Shown: one piece after another, positions 50,178 through 59,808 of the stretch
Layout: the number at the start of each line of letters is the position of its first letter
Position numbering within the stretch: position 1 is the first letter of the stretch
From: Bdellovibrionales bacterium
Lineage (GTDB): Bacteria; Bdellovibrionota; Bdellovibrionia; Bdellovibrionales; JAUICD01
NCBI GenBank assembly: GCA_965262715.1
Contig: OZ253553.1
Span: 2,176,001-2,240,000 of the forward strand
Direction of reading: 5' to 3'
Length of the DNA stretch: 64,000 bases
Notes under the pieces: model-generated
The model's input: only the letters and a program-made list of their open reading frames with translations
Database searches by the model: none
Told to the model about the DNA's origin: nothing
Made by a program: the position numbers and the translations under genes

Positions 50178-50957
50178 ATGTCTTTCCAAGAAAAATATTC
50201 TCATATCCAAAAAGGCAACCTGCTTTACGAGGGTAAAGCTAAGCGTATTTACCATATCATCAATCAACCAGATTTAGTGCTCCATGAATTTAAAGACTCT
50301 TTAACAGCCTTTAATGGTGAAAAAAGCTCCTCTCTAGAAGGTAAAGGACAGCTAAATACTGCTATTTCTGCAATGCTTTTCCAACATTTAGAGATAACAA
50401 ATGGATTTAAAACTCATTTTATTGCTCAAAAAACTTTCGAGGGAAATAAAGCCATGCTTCTTACACAAAAATTGCAAATGATCCCTCTAGAAGTTGTTGT
50501 TAGAAATAAAGTTGCAGGCTCTTTAAAAAACAGATTAGGTTTAAAAGAAGGGGTAGACATCAAACCGATACTGCTTGAATTTTATTTAAAATCAGATGAA
50601 CTAAAAGATCCCCTAATTAATGGAGGACATATCCTATTACTAAAAATAGCAGAACAGGCAGACTTATCTGAAATAAAAAACTTAGCTTTAAGTATCAATA
50701 CACATTTACAAGCAATTTTTAATCTTATAAGTCTGACTTTAGTTGACTTTAAATTGGAGTTTGGAAGAGATAAAAACAATAAAATTGTTTTAGGAGATGA
50801 AATTTCACCAGATACTTGCCGAATTTGGGACACAAAAACAGGAGAAAAGCTAGATAAAGATTGTTTCCGTTATGATCTTGGAGATGTTAAAAAAGGCTAT
50901 CAAATTATAAAAGACAAACTAACAGAGATCACAAAAAAACAACCTAAAGGAATTTAG
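50178..50957 (+). CDS. purC: SAICAR synthetase
   Basis: LLYEGKAK, IPLEVVVRN..AGS, LVDFKLEFG, DEISPDTCRIWD. Confidence 0.97.
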   Translation: MSFQEKYSHIQKGNLLYEGKAKRIYHIINQPDLVLHEFKDSLTAFNGEKSSSLEGKGQLNTAISAMLFQHLEITNGFKTHFIAQKTFEGNKAMLLTQKLQMIPLEVVVRNKVAGSLKNRLGLKEGVDIKPILLEFYLKSDELKDPLINGGHILLLKIAEQADLSEIKNLALSINTHLQAIFNLISLTLVDFKLEFGRDKNNKIVLGDEISPDTCRIWDTKTGEKLDKDCFRYDLGDVKKGYQIIKDKLTEITKKQPKGI

Positions 50958-50963
50958 AATATT

Positions 50964-51212
50964 ATGAGATGGGGCATATCTATTTTACCAAAACCAGAAG
51001 TTTTAGACTCAAAAGGCAGAGCTGTTTTAAAATCATTACAACAAGAAGGTTTTAAAATTAGAAGTTGCAAGATCGGCAAATACATCATTTTAGATTTACA
51101 AGAAGAAAATAAAGAAACCTCTTATTTACAAGCTAAAAAAATAACTAAAGATATACTTCACAATCCTCTCATAGAAAGTTTCACTATAGAAAACCTTGAT
51201 AACAAAAAATAG
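50964..51212 (+). CDS. purS: FGAM synthase subunit PurS
   Basis: KPEVLDSKG.AV...IGKYI.L...LHNPLIE. Confidence 0.92.
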   Translation: MRWGISILPKPEVLDSKGRAVLKSLQQEGFKIRSCKIGKYIILDLQEENKETSYLQAKKITKDILHNPLIESFTIENLDNKK

Positions 51213-51264
51213 AACTAAAAATACATTAAGATAAATCAAGATCAACTATTTAAAAAAAGGTCGT

Positions 51265-51918
51265 ATGAAAAAAATAGGAGTGTTGCGGTTTCCAGGAACA
51301 AACTGTGATTGGGATGTTTTTCATGCCTTGAGAACATTATCATATCAACCTCATTGGTTATGGCATAAGGACCACTTTGATCCCGAGCACTTTGATGGAT
51401 TTGTGGTGCCTGGAGGTTTTAGTTTTGGAGATTATCTAAGACCAGGCGTGCTGGCTGCTCGCAGCCGAGCAATGCAAGATTTAATCACTGCAGCTAAAAA
51501 ACAAAAACCTATACTAGGTATTTGCAATGGATTTCAAATTCTGTGTGAAGCAAAGCTATTACCTGGAATATTATTACCTAACATAGCTCTGCGATTTATT
51601 GACAAGTGGGTCTCTTTAGAAACAATTTTCCATTCAAATGTTTGGCAAGTATCTCAATCTCAGGAAAAACCCTGTTTTTATCTACCCATAGCTCATGATG
51701 AAGGACGATTTTTTGCCCCTTCTGAAACATTAAAATCCATGGAGGATAATGAGCAAATTTGGTTAAAGTACAAAAGTAATCCTAATGGCTCATTGCAAAG
51801 TATTGCAGGCATCTTCAACGAAACAAAAAATATTGCAGGCCTTATGCCTCATCCTGAAAGAGCTATATTTTCATGGATGAAAACTCAACACGGAACAAAC
51901 ATTCTAAAATGCTTCTAA
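51265..51918 (+). CDS. purQ: FGAM synthase glutaminase subunit
   Basis: FPGTNCD, PGGFSFGDYLR, LGICNGFQIL, NPNGS, GLMPHPER. Confidence 0.97.
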   Translation: MKKIGVLRFPGTNCDWDVFHALRTLSYQPHWLWHKDHFDPEHFDGFVVPGGFSFGDYLRPGVLAARSRAMQDLITAAKKQKPILGICNGFQILCEAKLLPGILLPNIALRFIDKWVSLETIFHSNVWQVSQSQEKPCFYLPIAHDEGRFFAPSETLKSMEDNEQIWLKYKSNPNGSLQSIAGIFNETKNIAGLMPHPERAIFSWMKTQHGTNILKCF

Positions 51919-52087
51919 AAAATAACCTTTGATAAGCCTTTCTTATTCTTAACAAAATCAGCTTTTATAAAACGATCTTTTATTTTGTCGATAGTGATAA
52001 CCACACAATATTAAAAGAACATTCTATTGTTCATAAAATATTCTTATGAAAAATAATCTTTTGTAATTTTTATAATTTAAATTATGT

Positions 52088-53782
52088 ATGTTTTGTAAAG
52101 TTTACAAAACATACTATTTTAATAGACTTAAAAGAAAAATTCAAGTAAGTTACACAGTTATCATGAATTTCTATGTATTTGTTCAAAGAACTATTTTTAT
52201 TACAGGCTTTATAACATGTATTATCGCATTTTTATCTCAAGCCTCTTTCGCTAGTCCATTAACTCAAGAAGCATCTTCTGCTAGTATATGTGCAATAGCC
52301 CTTCAGCCTGGCATGACATCTTCAATACAAGAAGTTAAAGACATTATTGATGTAGCTAAAGTTATTTCTTTTTTAAGAGGAAATAAAGATCACTCAAGAT
52401 CACCTAATGGAAATATAATTATACATCCAATAGATATCCTTTTAGCTTCTATGACAATAGTTGTAGAAGTTGATAACGATCAAACTCATGTTGTCAAAGC
52501 AAATCTTACAACTGGTATTATATTTAACAGTTTAAAGAGTTTAAGAGAAGGCAGATTGTTATTTGATCTGCAAAACAGAGTTTGGGAAGAATTAAATGAT
52601 CCAATTAAAAAAAGGCTTAGTATCTTAGAATCACATGAAAATGGATATATTCTGGCACTCGATAGAAGATATACAAACTCTTTTGATAATATCATATCAC
52701 AAGATGCAATATTCAACCAAGGGGCCTTAGATTTATTACGAATAGAAACAGAAGGCAATGGAAATACTTATATTGATCCCAGAGATCTCCTTCTTGCTAT
52801 GATACAATCTCCTGATCTTTATTTTGTTTATGAGCTTTTTTCCTCTCAATTGACTGGAGTGCTCAGCTTCTTTGAAAGCTGGCTTGTTGATAATCAAAGA
52901 CAAATTGATGAAATCAGATCTATTATGAGTAACTCTACAAATACACCTCATAGATATACTCCCATATTACAACTGCAAATATCATATTATATGTCTCGAA
53001 GAAGACAAAATAATGGAAATAAAGAAGTTCAATCTGTCAATACGAATGCTCACCTTCTTAGAAAATTCGGTTTTCCTGGAAGAGCAGTCGAAAGATCAAT
53101 GGATCAAATAACAGATAATAAGTTTGATAATCTTAAGATAAGGATAAAAAGACGTATACTTAGAAATACTTCTTCAAATGAAGTTAGAGAAATTGAAGAT
53201 CTTAATAACAACGAGATAGATGCTTTAGTCAATGAAAATGATATTAGAAATTTTTTAAAATATCACCGCGACTTTACAGATGAGGAAGTTGAACTTTTTA
53301 TGCAAAGTTTTATACAAAAACAAGAAACCATAGAGCCAGAAACAAACAACACTATAAATAATGATACAACAACAATTCAAATACCTCAACCTCGTCAACA
53401 ACTTATTGAGAGATTAAGCCGTATGAATCAAGATGACTTAGAAATCTTTATAAGAGAAGTAGGTTTTGAAGTGAATAGTGATTTTATCCATCCTCTGATG
53501 GACCCTCAAAAAATACCCAAAGATATTAAAGATATTTTTATAAGATTCATAGCTGATGTAAGCCAAGCTGGTAGTATATTTGATATCAGAACATCTAATA
53601 ATGCTTATCAATTTAAAAAAATTCGAAGTTTTAGCAAAAGAAATAAAAAACACCAACGAAGCTCTACAAACTATCATTCCTTACACCTTGGCTGGAATTG
53701 GGTTTTAGTTGTGAGAGAAGAAGGAAATATCTTCATTCTAGATAGGATAATTTCTCACGGAACTTATGAAAGGTACTATTAA
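52088..53782 (+). CDS. Putative secreted protein with Clp-N-like repeats and C-terminal RelE/HigB-like domain (probable start 52163)
   Basis: Signal ending ASFA-S; IHPIDILLA and YIDPRDLLLAM; C-terminus YHSLHLGWNWVLVVREEGNIFILDRIISHGTYERYY. Confidence 0.5.
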   Translation: MFCKVYKTYYFNRLKRKIQVSYTVIMNFYVFVQRTIFITGFITCIIAFLSQASFASPLTQEASSASICAIALQPGMTSSIQEVKDIIDVAKVISFLRGNKDHSRSPNGNIIIHPIDILLASMTIVVEVDNDQTHVVKANLTTGIIFNSLKSLREGRLLFDLQNRVWEELNDPIKKRLSILESHENGYILALDRRYTNSFDNIISQDAIFNQGALDLLRIETEGNGNTYIDPRDLLLAMIQSPDLYFVYELFSSQLTGVLSFFESWLVDNQRQIDEIRSIMSNSTNTPHRYTPILQLQISYYMSRRRQNNGNKEVQSVNTNAHLLRKFGFPGRAVERSMDQITDNKFDNLKIRIKRRILRNTSSNEVREIEDLNNNEIDALVNENDIRNFLKYHRDFTDEEVELFMQSFIQKQETIEPETNNTINNDTTTIQIPQPRQQLIERLSRMNQDDLEIFIREVGFEVNSDFIHPLMDPQKIPKDIKDIFIRFIADVSQAGSIFDIRTSNNAYQFKKIRSFSKRNKKHQRSSTNYHSLHLGWNWVLVVREEGNIFILDRIISHGTYERYY

Positions 53783-53827
53783 ATGGCTTTGTTGCACAAA
53801 CATATATAGAAAGAAGACCGCACTAAA

Positions 53828-56215
53828 TTAAAAATCATGTGAAAAAACACTAACAAACTCTCTATCTGTAATCACTGTCTTTATGGCCACCTGCTCAGAA
53901 TATACTGGTTCTAAAATCACAGATTGTAGTCCTGGCTCTACATTAAATAAAACAAATCCACCCCTTTCTAAATCAGGTAAAGGGTTTTGCGAGCTTATCC
54001 CTCTGTCAAAATCAAAATAAACAATTTCAATATGATCGTTTCCTAAATAAGCCCTAAAAGATGAATTAGAAACATGACCCACAACCACTGATAACCCTGG
54101 GTGTTGAGTGATTTTATGTTTACCTGCCAATCCATTGATCCATGCGCGAGAAGGTACAGGAAAAGCAATAACATCTTCATTGCGATCAGATGTCAAAACC
54201 GTAGGATGATAAAGATTATCATTAGGTCTTACTTCAAAGTATTCTACACCACCAAAAGTACTAAAATTCAATCGCCCTGATTGTGTTTCCATTTCTTCTA
54301 TATCTGAACCTAGATAATTCACACGTGCAGATAACAAATCTCCTGTTTTATTATCAAAAACACAGAATTCAGTTTCTTTTCTTAATGTTTGTTCTAGTTT
54401 CACACTAGATATATAACCACTATCTGCCCATAAAACCTTAGAAGGAACTGTGAACTCCTCGCTATGACCTCTTAATAATTGAATTCCTGGGGACACATTC
54501 ACATAAGCAAAATATCCTGTAGATGTTGTTGCATTTCCTGCTACAAACTGATTATCCTCGGTTAAATAGTAAGGTCCATTTTGACTTTCTGCCAACTCTA
54601 AAGAGACTCCTTCAAGAGGGTTTCCATCCTTTAGTACTCTCCCCCAAATAATACCTAAATCTAAGTTCAAATTCGACACATGCTTCTGAAGAGATGTCAC
54701 AAGAGTTTTCTCTGGTGTTTCCCAGTCGTAAGTCATATCATTTGTTGATAAAAAGAGTGTTTTAAATAAGTCCTCTGTATGAACCCTGGCAATAAAACTA
54801 GAGCCTATAAGCATCTCCGGAATAGAAACTAAACCTTGATTATCAGACTTTGTAGTATTACCTATACCTTCAATCTCAACAAAAGCTTCCTTCAATGGTT
54901 TTCTACGATCTCCTACTTCAAAGACTTTCATGCTAGATGAATGATTAAAAGGCATAACTTGTAAGTTTACTTCAGCAGTATCAGAAAACACGACCCTGGA
55001 ATCTTCTAAAAACCTATCTTTGAAAAACTTTCTTAATGAAACTTGACCAGAGCCTCTTAACAAACCATTCTCATCTCTTAATTGAGCGCGTAAAATACCA
55101 GAAGATGGCTCTTCTACATCAATACTGAAACGACCCTTTCTTAAATCAATATCCGCTTCACGTACAAATGAACAACTATTTACATATTCAACATTTAATT
55201 TATTACCATCTACCAAACCAAGCCCACTCAATAAGGTTACATCTCCTATAATTCTTATAGGAGAAAGATTCATTAATCTTTCTTGTAGGTTGTTACCATC
55301 TGTAGAATCTACCATGCCACTAGCAGATATCATCCTAGTATCTTCAATAAGAAACTCTCGAGAAGGTACTTCTTTATTAAAATCAGAAATGGCTTTTCCA
55401 GAAGTAGTATTTGTGTTTTGAGAGATAATTAATGGCTTAGAAGAAGGCTGCTGATTTGGAAGACCTACCCAGATATTACCAACCCATTTTTGTTCAGGCA
55501 TAGAATTTCTAGCATCTACTATTGAACTGTCCTGTTCGTTTATATCAGGAGACGTTTTATTGCTTTCTTCTTCCATCTCTTGTATATATGCAAACCAACG
55601 TTTTTCAAATTCAGAAAGTCGATCTGTAAAAGTTGATGTAATCGGTTTTATAGTGTCTTCTACAACTTGCTCTAATGTCTGAGCTTGAGAAATTATTGTA
55701 TCATTTTTTAACTCTTCTCGACTAGGTAATTTAGGAAGCTCGACACTAGACAATGTAATTCCTTTAAGACGTAGGACTTTTAAAGGTGTCGTTTTAAAGG
55801 ACCTCTTAAAAGATTTAGTGTCTATAGATTTTGTCTCTATAGTTTTAGAACTGAGTAAAAGAGGTTTTTTAATATGAACAATGCGTCTTGATGGCACCTT
55901 ATGAAAAGTGTCAGCAAATATAACTGGGTTTCTTTTCTGAAATAGAGACGCGGATGGTTGAGTTTCTCTTACTTTAAATGATGGTGAGATACTCTCATCA
56001 ATAAAAGCAATCAAAGGTGGTGCATTACGCTTAACATTAACTTTTAAGCTAGTTTTTACATTTCTTACATTTTGATAAGTTAAATCAAAAGGAAAAAACC
56101 AACATATAAAAAATAACAAAAAGACGAAGTATTCTCTATCATTGAAAAGTAAAACTTTTTTCAAATCTGACATACTTTTAACTATCAATAAAATTATAGA
56201 TTTTAATTTATCCAA
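53828..56215 (-). CDS. Large membrane-anchored hypothetical protein with beta-sandwich-like C-terminal domains
   Basis: 795-aa ORF; N-terminal TM; GIIWGRV..DG.PLEGVSLEL and TTSTGYFAYVNV.PG-type segments. Confidence 0.65.
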   Translation of the reverse strand: MDKLKSIILLIVKSMSDLKKVLLFNDREYFVFLLFFICWFFPFDLTYQNVRNVKTSLKVNVKRNAPPLIAFIDESISPSFKVRETQPSASLFQKRNPVIFADTFHKVPSRRIVHIKKPLLLSSKTIETKSIDTKSFKRSFKTTPLKVLRLKGITLSSVELPKLPSREELKNDTIISQAQTLEQVVEDTIKPITSTFTDRLSEFEKRWFAYIQEMEEESNKTSPDINEQDSSIVDARNSMPEQKWVGNIWVGLPNQQPSSKPLIISQNTNTTSGKAISDFNKEVPSREFLIEDTRMISASGMVDSTDGNNLQERLMNLSPIRIIGDVTLLSGLGLVDGNKLNVEYVNSCSFVREADIDLRKGRFSIDVEEPSSGILRAQLRDENGLLRGSGQVSLRKFFKDRFLEDSRVVFSDTAEVNLQVMPFNHSSSMKVFEVGDRRKPLKEAFVEIEGIGNTTKSDNQGLVSIPEMLIGSSFIARVHTEDLFKTLFLSTNDMTYDWETPEKTLVTSLQKHVSNLNLDLGIIWGRVLKDGNPLEGVSLELAESQNGPYYLTEDNQFVAGNATTSTGYFAYVNVSPGIQLLRGHSEEFTVPSKVLWADSGYISSVKLEQTLRKETEFCVFDNKTGDLLSARVNYLGSDIEEMETQSGRLNFSTFGGVEYFEVRPNDNLYHPTVLTSDRNEDVIAFPVPSRAWINGLAGKHKITQHPGLSVVVGHVSNSSFRAYLGNDHIEIVYFDFDRGISSQNPLPDLERGGFVLFNVEPGLQSVILEPVYSEQVAIKTVITDREFVSVFSHDF

Positions 56216-56253
56216 AAAAGAATTATCCTAAAAGTTTTCTACTTTTAGAATAT

Positions 56254-56760
56254 TTAATAAGGACGAAAGTTGTCAATCAAATCCCAACTTTTATCTCTTC
56301 TTAAAAGATCATCATAAATAGTTTTTCCTAGACTTTTAGCTGATATTGCTTCTACACCAACATAAGTCCATTTTCCAACAGCTAAATCTTTTTGTGAATT
56401 AACTTGATTAGGCCCTCCAGACACACGTATTTCTAAGTATACTTTCACTTTTAAATGATAAGGCCTCCTATCTCCTAAAATCCATACATGTGCCTGCGCG
56501 CGAAAAGCTCTTCTTTCAGTTAATTGATATTTCTCATTATAATAACCTGGATGAAAGTAGTTAGATTTCATCTCACGATGGTTTCTGCTAATCCACCCTA
56601 TTCCTTCAGGCAAATTTCTTTTTACAACAGATTGAATAATATGCAAAGGATAACTAATATCTCTTTTAGAATAATAGGACATACAACCTATCAAAAAGAC
56701 AAAAGAAAAAACACTCAATAACTTTATATAGTTTATAAAAATTTTTACAAATTTATTCAT
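56254..56760 (-). CDS. Hypothetical lipoprotein
   Basis: Lipobox-like LIGC; ILGDRRPY; C-terminal LIDNFRPY. Confidence 0.65.
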   Translation of the reverse strand: MNKFVKIFINYIKLLSVFSFVFLIGCMSYYSKRDISYPLHIIQSVVKRNLPEGIGWISRNHREMKSNYFHPGYYNEKYQLTERRAFRAQAHVWILGDRRPYHLKVKVYLEIRVSGGPNQVNSQKDLAVGKWTYVGVEAISAKSLGKTIYDDLLRRDKSWDLIDNFRPY

Positions 56761-56772
56761 ATATTTATTCTA

Positions 56773-57587
56773 CTCTGTTTCACTAAAAATGTCTCTGGCC
56801 TCTGGCCACTTTCTGGCAATAAGCCTGAAGGGTAATACCTTCAGAAAAAGCTTATTGCCTAGAAAGAATGAAACATTTTTAGTAACAAGAGAATCTCCTC
56901 GTTATTTAATATAATGTTAAGGAAAATTTCCTCTGTTTCAGTAAAAATGTCTCTGGCCTCTGGCCACTTTCTGGCAATAAGCCTGAAGGGTAATACCTTC
57001 AGAAAAAGCTTATTGCCTAGAAAGAATGAAACATTTTTAGTAACAAGAGAATCTCCTCGTTATTTAATATAATGTTAAGGAAAATTTCCTCTGTTTCAGT
57101 AAAAATGTCTCTGGCCTCTGGCCACTTTCTGGCAATAAGCCTGAAGGGTAATACCTTCAGAAAAAGCTTATTGCCTAGAAAGAATGAAACATTTTTAGTA
57201 ACAAGAGAATCTCCTCGTTATTTAATATAATGTTAAGGAAAATTTCCTCTGTTTCAGTAAAAATGTCTCTGGCCTCTGGCCACTTTCTGGCAATAAGCCT
57301 GAAGGGTAATACCTTCAGAAAAAGCTTATTGCCTAGAAAGAATGAAACATTTTTAGTAACAAGAGAATCTCCTCGTTATTTAATATAATGTTAAGGAAAA
57401 TTTCCTCTGTTTCAGTAAAAATGTCTCTGGCCTCTGGCCACTTTCTGGCAATAAGCCTGAAGGGTAATACCTTCAGAAAAAGCTTATTGCCTAGAAAGAA
57501 TGAAACATTTTTAGTAACAAGAGAATCTCCTCGTTATTTAATATAATGTTAAGGAAAATTTCCTCTGTTTCAGTAAAAATGTCTCTG
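56773..57587 (+). repeat. Tandem array of 5 x 158-bp family A units plus a 25-bp partial unit
   Basis: Units start at 56773, 56931, 57089, 57247, 57405 and 57563; only one difference seen (CACT in unit 1, CAGT in the rest). Confidence 0.96.
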
Positions 57588-57686
57588 ATCACAGTTCTTT
57601 AAGTTGATAAATAGGATTAAAGGCCTACTTGGTTTGAGTAAATAGATTCAATTTTACAAAACCTTATTTTACAAGAGGAGACCGCT

Positions 57687-58409
57687 TTAAGATTTTTGAT
57701 GTTTCATAAGCTCATTATCTCTAGCAAATTTGTCTATCCCAATATCTGTTAAGGGATGTTTTACAAGTTGTTTGATCACCTTAAAAGGCATTGTAACAAC
57801 ATCTGCTGATGCAATAGACGCGTCTAAGACATGAAGAGGGTTGCGTATACTTGCAACTAATATCTTTGTTTGAAAATCATAATTACAAAAGATAACTTGT
57901 ATTTGAGAAACCATATCCATACCATAAGTAGAAATATCATCTAATCTTCCAACAAATGGAGAAACATAAGTCGCTCCTGCCTTTGCACACATTAAAGCCT
58001 GAAGAGGATGAAATACTAAAGTCACATTTGTCTTTATACCTTTTTGAGATAAAAATCGTACCGCTTTTAATCCTTCCATTGTCATAGGTATTTTCACTAT
58101 AATATTGCCTTGATCGTTTTTCTTACCAATTTCATCTATAAAAAACATAGCCTCTTTAATCATATCCTCAGATGTTTTAATAGAAGTTACTTCAACACTT
58201 ACTGGTTTATCCTCAACAGCTTTTAATATCTCTAAAACGATTTTATTTGCAACTTCTGTAGGTGTTCCATCATACTTATCTTTCTTATCTTTATATTTTT
58301 TAACCTCTTTAGCTAGAAGTGATGGGTTAGTTGTCACACCATCTACTAAACCATAAGATTGAACCTCTTTGACTTCATCCACATTAGCTGTATCAATAAA
58401 AAATTCCAT
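57687..58409 (-). CDS. tal: Transaldolase / fructose-6-phosphate aldolase family protein
   Basis: FFIDTAN, DGVTTNPSL, IIVKIPMT.EGLKA, GATYVSPFVGRLDD, ASIRNP. Confidence 0.93.
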   Translation of the reverse strand: MEFFIDTANVDEVKEVQSYGLVDGVTTNPSLLAKEVKKYKDKKDKYDGTPTEVANKIVLEILKAVEDKPVSVEVTSIKTSEDMIKEAMFFIDEIGKKNDQGNIIVKIPMTMEGLKAVRFLSQKGIKTNVTLVFHPLQALMCAKAGATYVSPFVGRLDDISTYGMDMVSQIQVIFCNYDFQTKILVASIRNPLHVLDASIASADVVTMPFKVIKQLVKHPLTDIGIDKFARDNELMKHQKS

Positions 58410-58467
58410 AGCAAAAACCTCACTTGTGTTTGCTATACATAAAATAAATCTCTAAAAAGATCAAGGG

Positions 58468-58630
58468 CTGTTTCACTAAAAATGCCTTTTGCCTCTGGCA
58501 ACTTTCTGGCATTGCCCTCCAAACTGGCTTACGCCGTTTGACAAATAGGGCAATACCTAGAAAGCATAAGGCATTTTTAGTAAGGAGACTACCCTCGTCC
58601 CTTTACAAGATGTTAAGGAAAATTTCCTCT
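58468..58630 (+). repeat. Dispersed structured repeat family A copy
   Basis: CTGTTTCACTAAAAATG...CCTCTGGCAACTTTCTGGC...CCTAGAAAG...CATTTTTAGTAAGGAGA...ATGTTAAGGAAAATTTCCTCT. Confidence 0.87.
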
Positions 58631-58661
58631 TACCATCTTATTTTTTATACACATCCCTCTA

Positions 58662-58810
58662 ACAAATTACCTAAATCTTTAAATAGCTTATAAGAATTGA
58701 TGCATAAGTTAAAGGACGAGATCTTCCGCAGAGAAATTGCTATTGGCAATTTCTCGAGGACTTCGAGAACTTAACTTATGCATCAATTCAAAACTTTCAA
58801 AGATTTTTTT
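58662..58810. repeat. Dispersed palindromic repeat family B, copy 2 (followed by a partial A-like end to ~58865)
   Basis: Same length and core as 36302-36450. Confidence 0.85.
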
Positions 58811-59049
58811 CTCTGTTTTTTCTAAAAAAACAGCACATCCCTTAACTCTGGCCACTTTCTGGCATGGCAGAAATCGCTTCCCGGCAACAGTTTACCTGTT
58901 TTCCAGAAAAAGATAATGGAAGTTCATTGCTCGAGGGCACTCTGCCATTAGTGAAAAACCCTGCCAAAAGACACTACTAATATATGCAAATATTTTGCAG
59001 CAAGGCCCATTTGATGTATAAATATCAGTTAAAGGTTATAAAATATTGG

Positions 59050-59703
59050 CTACTGATAAGAAACTTCTGAAAAATTAAGAGAAATCATACCACCACCTTG
59101 ATGAGAAAGAATAGTCGCTTTTCCCACAGATCTGTTCTCAGAATTTTTAAGCACAAAAACCTCAGAATTCTTATCATTGACTTGGACGTCTATAACTTTT
59201 TCTACACTTTGAAAAGGAATAAACCAAAATGATCGATAATCTGTTAAAAACTCTGCTCTATCTTTAACTTTTTTCAATTCATTTTCATTTATTTCAGATT
59301 GAGCCTTCAGTTGAGAAATGCCTCCTTTATCGCGAATGACACTATAGTTTCCGCTTAAAACACCAAATTGGAACTGTTCTACCTTTGATGGTTTCTTTCC
59401 TAATTGAGATAAAGAGAGACGAGTGTTTTCTGTCAAGTTCTTAAGAAAACTTTGCTCATTTTTAACATAATCCAAAGACTTTTGAGATGTTTGAAATGAA
59501 TTTTGAGCAGAAGCAATAAATCTATCTGAATAATCCTGATTTTCCAATGCTAAAGGTTGATATTGATATTCTGTGTTATTAGACTCTCTATTTTTTGTAT
59601 TGATAAATGGGACAATAAACAAAACTCCCAATAATGTAATCGTAGTTATGATATCTTTCTTTCTATAACTCTTATAATATTTCATCAAATATCTCCTTGG
59701 CAA
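59050..59703 (-). CDS. Hypothetical membrane-anchored protein
   Basis: N-terminal TM; DRFIAS; LGKKPS..EQFQFG.LSGNY. Confidence 0.6.
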   Translation of the reverse strand: MPRRYLMKYYKSYRKKDIITTITLLGVLFIVPFINTKNRESNNTEYQYQPLALENQDYSDRFIASAQNSFQTSQKSLDYVKNEQSFLKNLTENTRLSLSQLGKKPSKVEQFQFGVLSGNYSVIRDKGGISQLKAQSEINENELKKVKDRAEFLTDYRSFWFIPFQSVEKVIDVQVNDKNSEVFVLKNSENRSVGKATILSHQGGGMISLNFSEVSYQ

Positions 59704-59733
59704 ATAAAAATTTCTATCCTTACCCTTATGAGT

Positions 59734-59748
59734 GCTAATCTTGTGCCA
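59734..59748 (-). promoter_or_regulatory. Possible sigma54 -24/-12 promoter
   Basis: TGGCAC-AAGAT-TAGC on the minus strand, 30 bp upstream of the ORF. Confidence 0.5.
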
Positions 59749-59808
59749 ACTTATATGAGCCTATATTCAATTTAGCTGTCTATACATTATACAATTGTCT
59801 ATATAAAC

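Noticed and set aside
56773..57587. CRISPR array
   Set aside because: Units are essentially identical over all 158 bp with no unique spacers, and no cas genes are in the window.
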